Assembly (NCBI GenBank): GCA_024236295.1
Contig: JACKKT010000006.1
Coordinates: 146,105-210,104 of the forward strand
Direction: 5' to 3'
From: Kordiimonadaceae bacterium
GTDB lineage: Bacteria; Pseudomonadota; Alphaproteobacteria; Sphingomonadales; Emcibacteraceae
DNA: 64,000 nucleotides
The notes under the pieces: model-generated
What the model was told of the DNA's origin: nothing
Databases searched by the model: none
The model's input: the letters and a program-made list of their open reading frames with translations, nothing else
Shown here: positions 27,970 to 38,179 of the stretch, one piece after another
Position numbering within the stretch: position 1 is the first letter of the stretch
Layout: every line of letters begins with the position of its first letter
Position numbers and translations under genes: made by a program

Positions 27970-29949
27970 TTAAGTTTGGCTCATCTTGTAACGATCTATC
28001 AATACCTCACGAACAGCTCGGTGCGCCTCATCTATTGCCACATCGGTGAAGGGATTTGCCGCCGCATCGGAATTAGCAATGGATATCCGGCCTAGCCTTT
28101 TACTGGCAATGACGCAAGGCCTGTCATCAGTCGGATAAAAACACCAGTGATAAGGTTCTGTCAGGCTATTATATAAATAGGCATTGCCATGCGGCCAGCG
28201 GTTAACGGTTATGGCAGCAATATCACGCGCCGCATCAAACCCGGCAGGTCCCAGCATCCGTTGTAACTGATCTCGTGTATTACGTTCAAAAGTATCAAAA
28301 GACATATTGAATAGCTCGGTCCGTCCAGCTTTAAGCTGGGTACTTCGATCTGCCCCCGGCTTACAGGGCGCCCGATGCATTTTTGCGACCACCGGTTCAT
28401 CAGGCTTGATCGGGGCATGATAACTGCCCACCTGATAAGGCGGATGCAGGCTGGTTGTCGTATAGAATTCTCCTGGCGAATGAATGTTATTGGTATTAAG
28501 TTTTTCAAAGGCCCTACCGTTTCTAAGCAGAACATTGGTATAGACCCGTGGCGCCTTAATTCCATATTTCATGGCACCGCGCTGTTCGGCCGAAAAATCA
28601 CGGCATATATAGGGAATAACCATATGCCAGCAGGCAAGAATGCAGTTTCTGGCATTAACGGTACTTGGCCCGTCTTCGCGCATATAGGTGACTTTCACAT
28701 TTTTTGCAGTCGCCGGTTCACCCAAATGAGCAACATTAATTACCGGGGCATTTAACCGTATCCGGGTGTTATTTTCAGAGCTGTCAAGTTGTGAATAATC
28801 CGTCGATGCCGTAATTAGATCATCAAGTGTCTGTCCGGGAATGGCCTTAGGTACAAGCTGTCTGACGATACTGCGGGTGATGGTCGCATTGCCATCGGGA
28901 AAATAAATGGACCTTTCCTTATGTTCGTCTTCACGTCCGTGGTGCGGCCCACCAATATGATGTAGCGGGCTTATCATGGCGCTTGGCCTGAGCGCAAGAT
29001 GATCAAACCCAGGATAGCCCCCCTGCTGCCATAAATATAAGGCCGGCACTTGCTCTGGTCCCATATAAAATCTGAAATGGGTTTTTGCCTGGAAAAACGG
29101 CAGTACTGCGGGATCAAGTCCCAGAAATTCTGTCAGATAATCATTATAGCTGGTAAGAGCGAGCTTTTTCTTCTTTTCGCTGTCGCTTAAATTTTGAAGA
29201 GCCTCTGCACGCACCTCTTCATTATATAGACGGATAAGATCTTTTTTTGCCTGCTCCCCAAGAGGAATTTTTTCAATATACTCCCCCCAACTGATTTCCT
29301 CCGGCTTATTATAAAGGCCCTCAATCCCGAATGTTTTTTGATCAAAAAAAGTGGACGACTCGTACCCGTTAAGTTGATAGTGGCGAACCATTGGATCTGT
29401 TTTTGCGTGATAGGTTTTTAAATCTATGCCAAGTTCATGGATCAGACCACGAGCAACGGTGCTGTAATTTGTCGGCTGTTCCAGATTAAGGGTGCCACCA
29501 TTAACAATGATAGTCCGGCCATCCAGATTAAATTCATTGCGTTTGGCATGACCACCAAAATCATCATGATTATCAAGGATCAGAATTTTTGCATCCGGCC
29601 CCACACTTTTGCGAAAAAACCATGCCGCCGCAAGGCCACTAATCCCGCCGCCAACCACCACAAGATCATAATCCTCGCCTGTCTGCTTACCTTCTATAAA
29701 ACGTCCATCGCGGATGGTGTGAGATGTTTCGAAAGATCCCGTATGGCTGCCACGAAGGCCGGTTAATGACGGAGGATAATATTCTTCCTTGTCCTGTCGG
29801 GGAATTGCAGCCTCTTCCGCCGCAGCGGCCATAAATGCCGGTCCCGCCATGGCTGCTGCCGATCCAATGCTGACCCCATTTAAAAAATCACGTCGGTCAA
29901 TTTGCCTATCCAACCCCAGTGCTTTATCTGAGCTCGATTTTCCCTTCAC
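27970..29949 (-). CDS. Spermidine dehydrogenase-like flavoprotein (paralogue 2)
   Basis: Same motif set (IDRRDFLNG, YYPPSLTGLRGSH, LDNHDDFGGHAKRNEF, ITVNRWPHG). Confidence 0.88.
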   Translation of the reverse strand: MKGKSSSDKALGLDRQIDRRDFLNGVSIGSAAAMAGPAFMAAAAEEAAIPRQDKEEYYPPSLTGLRGSHTGSFETSHTIRDGRFIEGKQTGEDYDLVVVGGGISGLAAAWFFRKSVGPDAKILILDNHDDFGGHAKRNEFNLDGRTIIVNGGTLNLEQPTNYSTVARGLIHELGIDLKTYHAKTDPMVRHYQLNGYESSTFFDQKTFGIEGLYNKPEEISWGEYIEKIPLGEQAKKDLIRLYNEEVRAEALQNLSDSEKKKKLALTSYNDYLTEFLGLDPAVLPFFQAKTHFRFYMGPEQVPALYLWQQGGYPGFDHLALRPSAMISPLHHIGGPHHGREDEHKERSIYFPDGNATITRSIVRQLVPKAIPGQTLDDLITASTDYSQLDSSENNTRIRLNAPVINVAHLGEPATAKNVKVTYMREDGPSTVNARNCILACWHMVIPYICRDFSAEQRGAMKYGIKAPRVYTNVLLRNGRAFEKLNTNNIHSPGEFYTTTSLHPPYQVGSYHAPIKPDEPVVAKMHRAPCKPGADRSTQLKAGRTELFNMSFDTFERNTRDQLQRMLGPAGFDAARDIAAITVNRWPHGNAYLYNSLTEPYHWCFYPTDDRPCVIASKRLGRISIANSDAAANPFTDVAIDEAHRAVREVLIDRYKMSQT

Positions 29950-30061
29950 TGCCTACTCCCGTCCTTTTATCGCAACAATATTTCATCTTGTCGCATATTG
30001 GATGCATTTTGATTTATGGCTTTTATATTTATTGTTGGCATCATAGTAAGGGAAATTTATT

Positions 30062-30919
30062 TTGGTCAACCGTTCATTTCAATTAATTATCAGCGTGATA
30101 ATACTGACACTTTCCATTATAAATTCAGCAAATGCAAAATCCAAACTTGAGATCATCAACTTTAAAAGCAATGTATTTAACAATGATCGTACACTGCGCA
30201 TTTTACTGCCGGAAGGGTATGACCCCAATCGCAAAGCACCCTATAAGGTTCTATATATGAATGATGGGCAAAATCTTTTTTCCGCCAGGCAAAGCATGAC
30301 GGGCCATGAATGGAAAATGGATGAGATTAGTGAAGAACTGATCCGCTCGGAGAAAATAGAGTCTATTGTCATTGTAGGGATTGATACCCCGTCATATGCG
30401 GACCGTGGCAATGAATATCTTCCCTGGCCGGATGAATATCTCAAGCCTTATATCGCAAAGCCAAATGGCCAACTTTATCCCGCCTTTCTTGAACAGGAAG
30501 TCATTCCGCGCATTGAAAAAAAATATAATGTCGGAAAAACGGCCAGTCGCCGCGCTCTTGGCGGATCATCCTATGGCGGTTTAATGACGCTATATACCGC
30601 ATTGGAAACAAAAAATGTATTTAATTTATATCTTATAGAAAGCCCATCATTATATGTTGCCGATGGTGCCATTTTTAATTTACTTAAGAACAAGAAAATT
30701 ACCGCTGATAAATTATATATCGGCATTGGCACACATGAAGGCCTAAAAAGTTGTGATCAGGAAGCCAACATGGATGCCGTTAATGATATGAAGAGCGTCG
30801 TCGATCTGATGAAAGGCAGTTTCAAAATTTACGATATTGTTGAAGAATGTGGACTTCATTCAGAAAATGACTGGTCAAGGCGGCTACCTGCCGCCCTGAC
30901 AGATTTATTTGGCTCTTAA
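30062..30919 (+). CDS. Secreted alpha/beta-hydrolase (putative esterase, IroE/Fes-like)
   Basis: Signal peptide, YKVLYMNDGQNLF, GSSYGG nucleophile elbow, HSENDW. Confidence 0.85.
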   Translation: MVNRSFQLIISVIILTLSIINSANAKSKLEIINFKSNVFNNDRTLRILLPEGYDPNRKAPYKVLYMNDGQNLFSARQSMTGHEWKMDEISEELIRSEKIESIVIVGIDTPSYADRGNEYLPWPDEYLKPYIAKPNGQLYPAFLEQEVIPRIEKKYNVGKTASRRALGGSSYGGLMTLYTALETKNVFNLYLIESPSLYVADGAIFNLLKNKKITADKLYIGIGTHEGLKSCDQEANMDAVNDMKSVVDLMKGSFKIYDIVEECGLHSENDWSRRLPAALTDLFGS

Positions 30920-31878
30920 GAAATGCCAAGTAGGTCAGCAGCATTACCACCAATCATTTTTTTGATATCCTCATGGGCATAACCAAGGTCAAGGCAGGTG
31001 GCAATGACATTTTTAAACCCTTCCACCGGGGTAGGGTTCCCCACCTGACCTAGGTCTGAGCCCAGAATGGTTTTTTCAATGGTTCCAGCCTTGATCAGGG
31101 CATCAAGATTTTCAGGTGTATAAAAATGAAATTTTGACCCCGGTACAAACATGCACATGGAATGTTCCAGATAAGCCCCCATTCGAACCAGTTCACCCAT
31201 TTCTGCGTAAGTGGCATCAATCAGATAGGATGGATGATTAACCAGCAGCTTTTTAACACCGCGTTTTTTTGCTTCCTCAAGCAGCGGGAAAATTTCTGTA
31301 ATATGAAGATGCCCGCCCGATAGGACAATATCCGCCTCGGCAATCATATCAAGAATGAATTTTACTTCGTCCAATAGAACACCGTTATCATCCAGCACGG
31401 AAAGCTCAATCGGAGCCAGCATTTTTTCCTTCGTGGTCGGGAATTTTTTGTCAAAATCCTTGTCGGATTTATGATGGGCAATATGATTGCGCGATGAAAA
31501 AGTCGGCATCCAGACGAGCTTCGCCCCCAGTTTAATACCATGGTCAACCGCATATCGGTTAATCCCGCCGGTTGAATTGTTCAGCGGTACACCGGAAAAC
31601 ATTTTGACATTCAGATCCTGAAAATGGTTCATCAGCAGTTCGGTGACAGGTGTTGCCGAATAATAATGGTCCTTAATCAATATAGCCCGCATTTTCGCGG
31701 CCGATCCTTCGCGCATCACATCAATATGATCAATACTTCTTGGCATAACGCTTGGTCCGCTGTGACAGTGAAGGTCAATTGCTCCTTCCAGTAATTGACT
31801 TAGTAGCGCATCATCATATTTAGCCGCTGGAGACTGATCGATTGTGGAATTAATCCGATCCGGAATTTTTTTAACCAT
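30916..31878 (-). CDS. Amidohydrolase-fold metal-dependent hydrolase (DUF6282-like)
   Basis: IDLHCHSGP, IKDH, VWMPT, GHL, VNHP, SDLGQ. Confidence 0.8.
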   Translation of the reverse strand: MVKKIPDRINSTIDQSPAAKYDDALLSQLLEGAIDLHCHSGPSVMPRSIDHIDVMREGSAAKMRAILIKDHYYSATPVTELLMNHFQDLNVKMFSGVPLNNSTGGINRYAVDHGIKLGAKLVWMPTFSSRNHIAHHKSDKDFDKKFPTTKEKMLAPIELSVLDDNGVLLDEVKFILDMIAEADIVLSGGHLHITEIFPLLEEAKKRGVKKLLVNHPSYLIDATYAEMGELVRMGAYLEHSMCMFVPGSKFHFYTPENLDALIKAGTIEKTILGSDLGQVGNPTPVEGFKNVIATCLDLGYAHEDIKKMIGGNAADLLGIS

Positions 31879-31893
31879 TTTTCTTTCCTGAAA

Positions 31894-32649
31894 TTATCTG
31901 AAATTTTTAACGAGATTTTTTATCCCCGTCTGAACCAGTTTATGTTCAGACCCAACTGTAAACATTGTTACACCCAATTCCCGCAGCATATCCCTTTCCT
32001 CAACACTGCTGTAAGCAGCAAGTCGAATGCCGGCGTCACGTGCAACAGAGCAAACATGTTTTACAGCGTCTATCACAACCGGATCATTCGGAGACACTGC
32101 CCCGTAGCCGACAGTTAAATCCATCCGGCCCAGAAACAGGCAGTCAATATTTTTAATTTTGACGATTTCCTCAATTTTTTCAACCGCTTCGACATCTTCG
32201 ATCTGGGCGATAACTGTGGTTTCCTTATCGGCTTCATCAAGATAATCTTTCATCGGCCGCTTACCATAACCACCGGCCCGCTGGGTTCCGGCAAAGCCAC
32301 GGCGACCGCCACGATACCTTCCACCCGCAGCAATTTCCGCCGCTTTTTCCGGCGTCGCCACATGAGGGACAACCACCCCGGTGGCCCCGCAATCAAGCGG
32401 GTAAAGCATTCCCGTTGCCGTATTATTCTGAATTCGCACAAACATTGGCATATCAGCAGCCCGCCCGGCGAGAATACAGGAATCCATAGTTGCAAGATCA
32501 AATGGACTATGCTCCTGATCCAGCATGAGAAAGTCCAGATCACTATCGGCCATGACCTCGACCATGACATAGGAAGGTGTCTTGACGAATACACCGACCA
32601 GCTCTTCACCCGCCAACAGTCGGTTTCTGAATGTTGCTTTTTTGCTCAT
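31894..32649 (-). CDS. HpcH/HpaI-family aldolase
   Basis: DFLMLDQEHSP, LDCGATGVVVPHV, AQIED, FLGRMDL. Confidence 0.9.
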   Translation of the reverse strand: MSKKATFRNRLLAGEELVGVFVKTPSYVMVEVMADSDLDFLMLDQEHSPFDLATMDSCILAGRAADMPMFVRIQNNTATGMLYPLDCGATGVVVPHVATPEKAAEIAAGGRYRGGRRGFAGTQRAGGYGKRPMKDYLDEADKETTVIAQIEDVEAVEKIEEIVKIKNIDCLFLGRMDLTVGYGAVSPNDPVVIDAVKHVCSVARDAGIRLAAYSSVEERDMLRELGVTMFTVGSEHKLVQTGIKNLVKNFR

Positions 32650-32682
32650 TATGACGATCTTTTGCTAATTTTCATTACATTT

Positions 32683-32719
32683 GTCTTGATATTTGGAACA
32701 GAGTATCAATAATTGAGAA
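32683..32719. promoter_or_regulatory. Tandem operator copy 1 (putative IclR-family site)
   Basis: GTCTT-N7-GGAAC-aga-GTATC-N7-GAGAA in the divergent aldolase / DHODH-like intergenic region. Confidence 0.6.
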
Positions 32720-32750
32720 ATTGTCAATTGGAGTGGCCCAGAAAAATTCA

Positions 32751-33794
32751 ATGAAAAAGCTTAATATTAAAATTGGTAAAACCCGCTTTAAAAACCCGCT
32801 TATCTGTGGGTCGGGCGAACATTTCATTGAGCTTGACGGTATCGAACGGGCACTACGGGCCGGGGCTGGGGCTGTTGTCATAAAATCAACCAACGAATCC
32901 GAAGCTGCCAAAACTCAGCTTGAAAAAACCGATTATGCCCTGCTCGACAGCCATTTTAATAAACTGCCCTGGGATTTTAACCCGCCCCATGATGCATCGC
33001 TTTTTAACCGTTCCGGCCTTCACCCGAAACCGTTTAATGAATGGCTTGAAATTGCCTTAAAAGCGGACAAAATGGCCGCAGAATTTGACGCTTATTCAAT
33101 TGCCAGTCTGATCCCGGCCAACCTTGAGCAGACCATTGATTATGCAAGTAAAATAGAACAGGCAGGCATTCGCATACTGGAAGTCAATGTTGGCGCTCCA
33201 CATGGTGAGGAAGCGGCAAAAGGCGCCATCCTGCTGGAACGGCAAGCGGCACATATTAAAGAAATCACCAAGGCTTTAAGAAATGCGGTCAGTATTCCGC
33301 TTTGGATCAAGTTAACCGGACAAAGCCAGGAAATTCCGGCCATGGCTCTGGCCGCTAAAGAAGCTGGCGCCGATACTGTTACCCTGATGGGGCGGTATAT
33401 GGCTTTTATTCCTGATATAAATACGCAGACCCCTATACTGGGCACGCATGCCGCTTATGGTGGACCCTGGGCATTACCACTGACCTGTCACTGGCTGGTA
33501 AAATCGCGGGAAAAAACGGGTAAGAAATATCCGCTTCTGGCTACAAATGGTGCGCGGTCGGGGCACGACATCGTCCGCTTCATGCTTGCAGGTGCCAGTG
33601 GCGTACAGATGACGAGTGCCATTTTCAGCGGCGGCTATGGTGTCATTACCGATGCCATAAGGGAGTTACAGGATTATCTCAATGAAAAAAATATGGATGC
33701 GGCCAACCTGATCGGACTTGCTGCTGACCGTGTAAAAACATATGCTGAACAGGATAGAAAAGAAGATTACTGGCGTCAGTTTACGCCCAAATAA
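32751..33794 (+). CDS. Dihydroorotate/dihydropyrimidine dehydrogenase-like FMN protein lacking the catalytic Cys
   Basis: FKNPLICGSG, GAVVIKS, PLWIKLT, YGGP, LAGASGVQM; active-site loop reads EVNVGAPH rather than ELNxSCPN. ATG at 32751 preferred to the TTG at 32721. Confidence 0.8.
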   Translation: MKKLNIKIGKTRFKNPLICGSGEHFIELDGIERALRAGAGAVVIKSTNESEAAKTQLEKTDYALLDSHFNKLPWDFNPPHDASLFNRSGLHPKPFNEWLEIALKADKMAAEFDAYSIASLIPANLEQTIDYASKIEQAGIRILEVNVGAPHGEEAAKGAILLERQAAHIKEITKALRNAVSIPLWIKLTGQSQEIPAMALAAKEAGADTVTLMGRYMAFIPDINTQTPILGTHAAYGGPWALPLTCHWLVKSREKTGKKYPLLATNGARSGHDIVRFMLAGASGVQMTSAIFSGGYGVITDAIRELQDYLNEKNMDAANLIGLAADRVKTYAEQDRKEDYWRQFTPK

Positions 33795-33809
33795 GGATAA
33801 GGAATAATC

Positions 33810-34151
33810 ATGCAAATACCAAAAGTTGACTGGTCAAAAATGCCCTGGAAAAAAATCCGCGAAGGGGTCTATCAGAAAGCCTTTACCGGTGAAGGGGCGA
33901 CCATTGCCATGCATAAACTTGAACCGCAGCATGAACCGCGACCCCATAAACATGAATATGAACAAATAGTCTATATCATGGCCGGAGAAGTGGATTTCCA
34001 TGTCGGTGATGATGTTCACCGTCTTGGCCCAGGCGGGCTTCTGGTTGTGCCGCCAAATGTAATGCATCACGCCGAGGTTGTCGGTGATGAGGACGTCTTA
34101 AATCTTGATGTATTTTCGCCAGCCCGCAGCGATTTCTTTGAGCAAGCTTAA
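33810..34151 (+). CDS. Cupin domain protein
   Basis: PHKHEYEQ...GEV...VPPNVMH cupin metal motifs. Confidence 0.9.
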   Translation: MQIPKVDWSKMPWKKIREGVYQKAFTGEGATIAMHKLEPQHEPRPHKHEYEQIVYIMAGEVDFHVGDDVHRLGPGGLLVVPPNVMHHAEVVGDEDVLNLDVFSPARSDFFEQA

Positions 34152-34153
34152 AT

Positions 34154-35242
34154 ATGAAAAAAATTAAACCAAACGCTTTTATCAAGGATTCACCAGCGCA
34201 GCCGCAACCGCCGGCCGAAAATAAGCCACCACAGTTTAAGATTAATATGGCTCTTAATGAAAGCCCCTATCCGCCTAGTCCAAAAGCACTTGAAGCCTAT
34301 CATGAAACGGCAAAGATTTTAAACCGATACCCCAATTACAGTTCTGCGGAACTGCGGCTCGTGCTCGGGGAAAAATATAATCTTGATAATACCCGTATTA
34401 TGTGTGCTGCCGGATCAGAGCAGATTTTAAGCTATATCGCCCGCGCCTATATCAGTGAAGTGGACGAAGTTATCCACCCAAGATATGGCTTTATGGTTTA
34501 CCGCTTTAACATCGCCATGCAGGGGGCCAAATCGGTTCCTGTTGAGCATGATGATTTCATTGTCAATGTTGATTATATTCTGGACGCCGTAACTGAGAGA
34601 ACAAGGCTGGTGTTTCTTGATAACCCGGGAAATCCGACTGGAACCTATGTGCCTTATACAGAAATTGTCCGATTAAGAGAAAATTTGCCGGATCATATAT
34701 TACTGGTGCTTGATGCCGCTTACGCTGAATTTGCCAGTGAGGCAGATTATGACGCCGGGTTTGAGCTGGTTGACAAACATGAAAATGTCATTGTCACCAG
34801 GACCTTATCAAAACTTTATGGCTTAAGCGGTCTGCGCATTGGCTGGGCCTATAGCACGGAAGAAATTATCAATACCCTTCTACACCTTAAAGGCGGGTTT
34901 AACGTTTCTAAACCGGCACAATCTGCGGGGGCAGCCGCTGTCCTTGACCAGGATTATGCTGATCAGACCCGGGACAAATGCCGCGCAGGCATTGATTATC
35001 TGACCAAAGAGCTGCGCGCAATGGGTCTTAATGTTACCTCAAGCGTATGTAACTTTATTATGCTTCATTTTCCGGGCGGACGCGATCAGATGAAAGCCGC
35101 AGACCAGCATTTAAAGGATTGTGGCATTATGGTCGGCCCCCTTGGTGCTTATAATCTATCAAGTAGCCTACGGATCACGGTCGGCACTGATGATGAAAAC
35201 AAAGCGTTTATCAGTGCCATGAAAGATTTTATGGAAAAATAA
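34154..35242 (+). CDS. HisC-like PLP aminotransferase (possibly aromatic amino-acid aminotransferase)
   Basis: NESPY, NRYP, DNPGNPTG, LDAAYAEF, RTLSKLYGLSGLRIGW; no other his genes nearby. Confidence 0.88.
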   Translation: MKKIKPNAFIKDSPAQPQPPAENKPPQFKINMALNESPYPPSPKALEAYHETAKILNRYPNYSSAELRLVLGEKYNLDNTRIMCAAGSEQILSYIARAYISEVDEVIHPRYGFMVYRFNIAMQGAKSVPVEHDDFIVNVDYILDAVTERTRLVFLDNPGNPTGTYVPYTEIVRLRENLPDHILLVLDAAYAEFASEADYDAGFELVDKHENVIVTRTLSKLYGLSGLRIGWAYSTEEIINTLLHLKGGFNVSKPAQSAGAAAVLDQDYADQTRDKCRAGIDYLTKELRAMGLNVTSSVCNFIMLHFPGGRDQMKAADQHLKDCGIMVGPLGAYNLSSSLRITVGTDDENKAFISAMKDFMEK

Positions 35243-35243
35243 T

Positions 35244-36740
35244 ATGACCTTACCGGATTATTCAGCATGGCAGAAAATGGCTGCCGACTTAAAGCATCAG
35301 ACAAAAGCTTTTATCGACGGTGAATATGTTGATGCCTTAAGCGGAAAAACCTATGAAACCATTAATCCAGCCACAGAAAAAATGACAGCCCATGTTGCTG
35401 CCTGCGACAGTCATGATGTGGACGTTGCCGTTAAGTCGGCCCGTGCTGCTTTTAATAACGGGCACTGGTCACGAATGGCCCCACGCGATCGTGGCACAAT
35501 TTTGCAAAAACTTGCCGGACTGGTGCTTGAGAATGCCAATCTGCTGGCCCTTATGGAATGCCTTAATGTCGGCAAGCCAATCATGGAAGCACGGATGGCG
35601 GATATCAACCTCGCCGCTGCCGCCCTAAAATGGTACGGCGAAGCGATTGACAAGCTGACCGATGAAATTATTGCTACACCTGATAATATTCGAGCAAGCA
35701 TTACCCACGAACCGATGGGCGTGGTCGGTGTGGTCGTGCCATGGAATTTCCCGCTGCTGATGGCCTGCTGGAAAATTGCACCGGCCCTCGCTGCCGGCAA
35801 TAGTGTCATTGTAAAACCATCTGAACAAACCCCGCAGTCAATTTTGAAACTTGCAGAGCTGGCCATTGCTGCGGGCCTTCCCCAAGGCGTTTTTAATGTG
35901 GTGACCGGACACGGCGTGGAAGCCGGAGCCGCCATCGGCCTTCATAATGATATAGACTGCCTTACTTTTACAGGTTCCACCGCCATCGGCAAAAAATTTC
36001 TGGAATATTCAGGACGATCAAACATGAAAGCCGTGTGGCTAGAATGTGGCGGCAAAAACCCCAATATTGTCATGGCTGACTGCCCGGATATGGACAAAGC
36101 CGCATTAAGCGCCGCTAATAATATATTCTTTAACCAGGGCGAAATCTGTGCCGCTGCTTCACGACTGCTGGTGGAGGAAAAAATCCGCGACGAATTTATT
36201 GAGCGCGTAGCTAAAATCGGTAAAACCCGTGTTCCCGGCGACCCGCTTGACCCGAAAACCAACCTTGGGGCCATCGTTGACCGCAATCAATTTAACAAAA
36301 TTAACAGCTATATTGAAAAAGGTGTTGAGGAAGGGGCCGACCTTGCCCTTGGTGGTGATACGGTGAAAGTAAATGGCACCGGCTATTATGTAAATCCGAC
36401 CATTTTTAAGAATGTCAGAAATGATATGATTATCGCCCGCGAGGAAATATTCGGTCCCGTTCTGGCTGCCATCAGTTTTACGGATATTAACGAGGCCATT
36501 AGCATCGCCAATGACAGCCCGTACGGCCTGACTGCCGGTATCTGGACCCGTGACATCAATGTGGCCCATAAAGCGGCCCGCGACCTTCAGGCTGGTAGTG
36601 TCTCCATCAATAGCTATAGTTCTATTGATATAGCCCTGCCCTTTGGCGGTTATAAGCAGTCAGGCATTGGCGTTGACAAATCGCTCCACGCCATTCGAAA
36701 ATATACCAATATAAAATCGACCTGGCTCGAGCTGGACTGA
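35244..36740 (+). CDS. NAD-dependent aldehyde dehydrogenase (PuuC/AldH-like)
   Basis: VPWNFP, KPSEQT, FTGST, LECGGK, NQGEIC, EEIFGP, PFGGYKQSG. Confidence 0.95.
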   Translation: MTLPDYSAWQKMAADLKHQTKAFIDGEYVDALSGKTYETINPATEKMTAHVAACDSHDVDVAVKSARAAFNNGHWSRMAPRDRGTILQKLAGLVLENANLLALMECLNVGKPIMEARMADINLAAAALKWYGEAIDKLTDEIIATPDNIRASITHEPMGVVGVVVPWNFPLLMACWKIAPALAAGNSVIVKPSEQTPQSILKLAELAIAAGLPQGVFNVVTGHGVEAGAAIGLHNDIDCLTFTGSTAIGKKFLEYSGRSNMKAVWLECGGKNPNIVMADCPDMDKAALSAANNIFFNQGEICAAASRLLVEEKIRDEFIERVAKIGKTRVPGDPLDPKTNLGAIVDRNQFNKINSYIEKGVEEGADLALGGDTVKVNGTGYYVNPTIFKNVRNDMIIAREEIFGPVLAAISFTDINEAISIANDSPYGLTAGIWTRDINVAHKAARDLQAGSVSINSYSSIDIALPFGGYKQSGIGVDKSLHAIRKYTNIKSTWLELD

Positions 36741-36748
36741 TTTTATAG

Positions 36749-38080
36749 TCAGGCAACCTGCTTTCTGGGCGTTATCCCGACCTGACCTTTAAATTCACTG
36801 TCCTGAACATAAAGATTGGCAAGCCCTTCAGCGACATAATCTTTGGTAAATGTCAGGTCACGTCCCTGATATTTACAGTTGGCAATGACCTGATCAATTA
36901 TGAATTTCGGCTGGTAAGCGGCAAGCGCCTTCCCGGCAACATTAACAATCTGATCTACTGTAAACTGGAAAATTTCCTCTGTAAGTTCAAGTCCGGCCTT
37001 TCTTGCAACACCTTCGTAAATTGCCCTGAATGCTTCAATTGATGGATCCTTGGTTTCCAGCTTATAGGGAATACGCCGTAAAAAAGCGGGATCCATAAGA
37101 TCATCAGGTGCCATATTGGTAGAAAAAATCACCAGTTCATCAAATGGCAGTTCAAAAGACTTACCCGAATGAAGTTTCAGAAAATCAATCCGGCTTTGTA
37201 ACGGTACAATCCAGCGGTTCAGAAGTTGTTCGGGGCTGACTTGCTGACGGCCAAAATCATCAATGATAAATGTTCCGTTTAGCGCTTTGATATGAAGCGG
37301 CGCTTCATAATATTTGCTGACCTCATTATATTTTAGATCAAGCATTTCCATGTTCAGCTCGCCGCCAGTGATCACAACAGGGCGCTTGCAGGGAACGAAC
37401 CTCTTATCGACTAGTTCGCGAAACAGTTTGCGACGTTCTTCAGGAGGATTCTCAACTTCAACACTATTATGGACTGACGCATCAAACACCTTGATAATAG
37501 TACCGTTTACTTCAATTGCATATGGAATATAAATAACCGTATCATAAATATGGGCAACTTTTTCGGCTACTGTAGTTTTTCCATTTCCGGCAGGACCGTA
37601 TATCAATATACTCATTCCCGAATTAACGGCGGGTCCCAGACGGCGGGTAAATTCTTCAGGCACGACAATATCTGAGAAAGCTTCTTCAATATCCTCGGGA
37701 GAAATCCGCTCATCACCGATCGCCTGATCCCTGACCTGTTTGCTGTATGCCTCAAGGGACACGGGGGCCGGACCAAAATACTGATTCTGGTTCAAGGCAT
37801 CCTGAACAAATTTTCTGCCCGCAGAAGTCAGATTATATCTTAGGGTCCCCATCCCCCCTGTTGCACTGGTAATCGTCCCAACTGATTCTATTAATTTTCG
37901 GCTGGTCATTACCTGCAAAGCATGATCAACAACGTTGGTTGGCAGTTTTATTTCGTTGGAAAGCTGGACACCAGTTTCCATATTTTCAAGATACATCCCT
38001 TTACCGATTAATTGCAGAACGATGTTCGGGTCGTAACCAACTTCACTTAGTTTTAAGGGGGCTTTTGGTTCATAATACAT
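36749..38080 (-). CDS. AAA-family ATPase
   Basis: YFGPAPV, Walker A GPAGNGKT, IIDDFGRQ, LLNRWIVP, DPAFLRRIPYK; start placed at MYYEPK. Confidence 0.85.
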   Translation of the reverse strand: MYYEPKAPLKLSEVGYDPNIVLQLIGKGMYLENMETGVQLSNEIKLPTNVVDHALQVMTSRKLIESVGTITSATGGMGTLRYNLTSAGRKFVQDALNQNQYFGPAPVSLEAYSKQVRDQAIGDERISPEDIEEAFSDIVVPEEFTRRLGPAVNSGMSILIYGPAGNGKTTVAEKVAHIYDTVIYIPYAIEVNGTIIKVFDASVHNSVEVENPPEERRKLFRELVDKRFVPCKRPVVITGGELNMEMLDLKYNEVSKYYEAPLHIKALNGTFIIDDFGRQQVSPEQLLNRWIVPLQSRIDFLKLHSGKSFELPFDELVIFSTNMAPDDLMDPAFLRRIPYKLETKDPSIEAFRAIYEGVARKAGLELTEEIFQFTVDQIVNVAGKALAAYQPKFIIDQVIANCKYQGRDLTFTKDYVAEGLANLYVQDSEFKGQVGITPRKQVA

Positions 38081-38179
38081 ATTTGTGCTCACTCTTTTCC
38101 TTTTTAACTCCAAAAGGATAGTTGCAAATATTTATTAAACCACGGTTACAAATAGATAAAATTTTTGCTATTTAACCTG

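Noticed and set aside
34154-35242. Calling this gene housekeeping hisC, or 32751-33794 pyrD
   Set aside because: Catabolic context, no pathway neighbours, and the PyrD-like protein lacks its catalytic Cys; symbols withheld.
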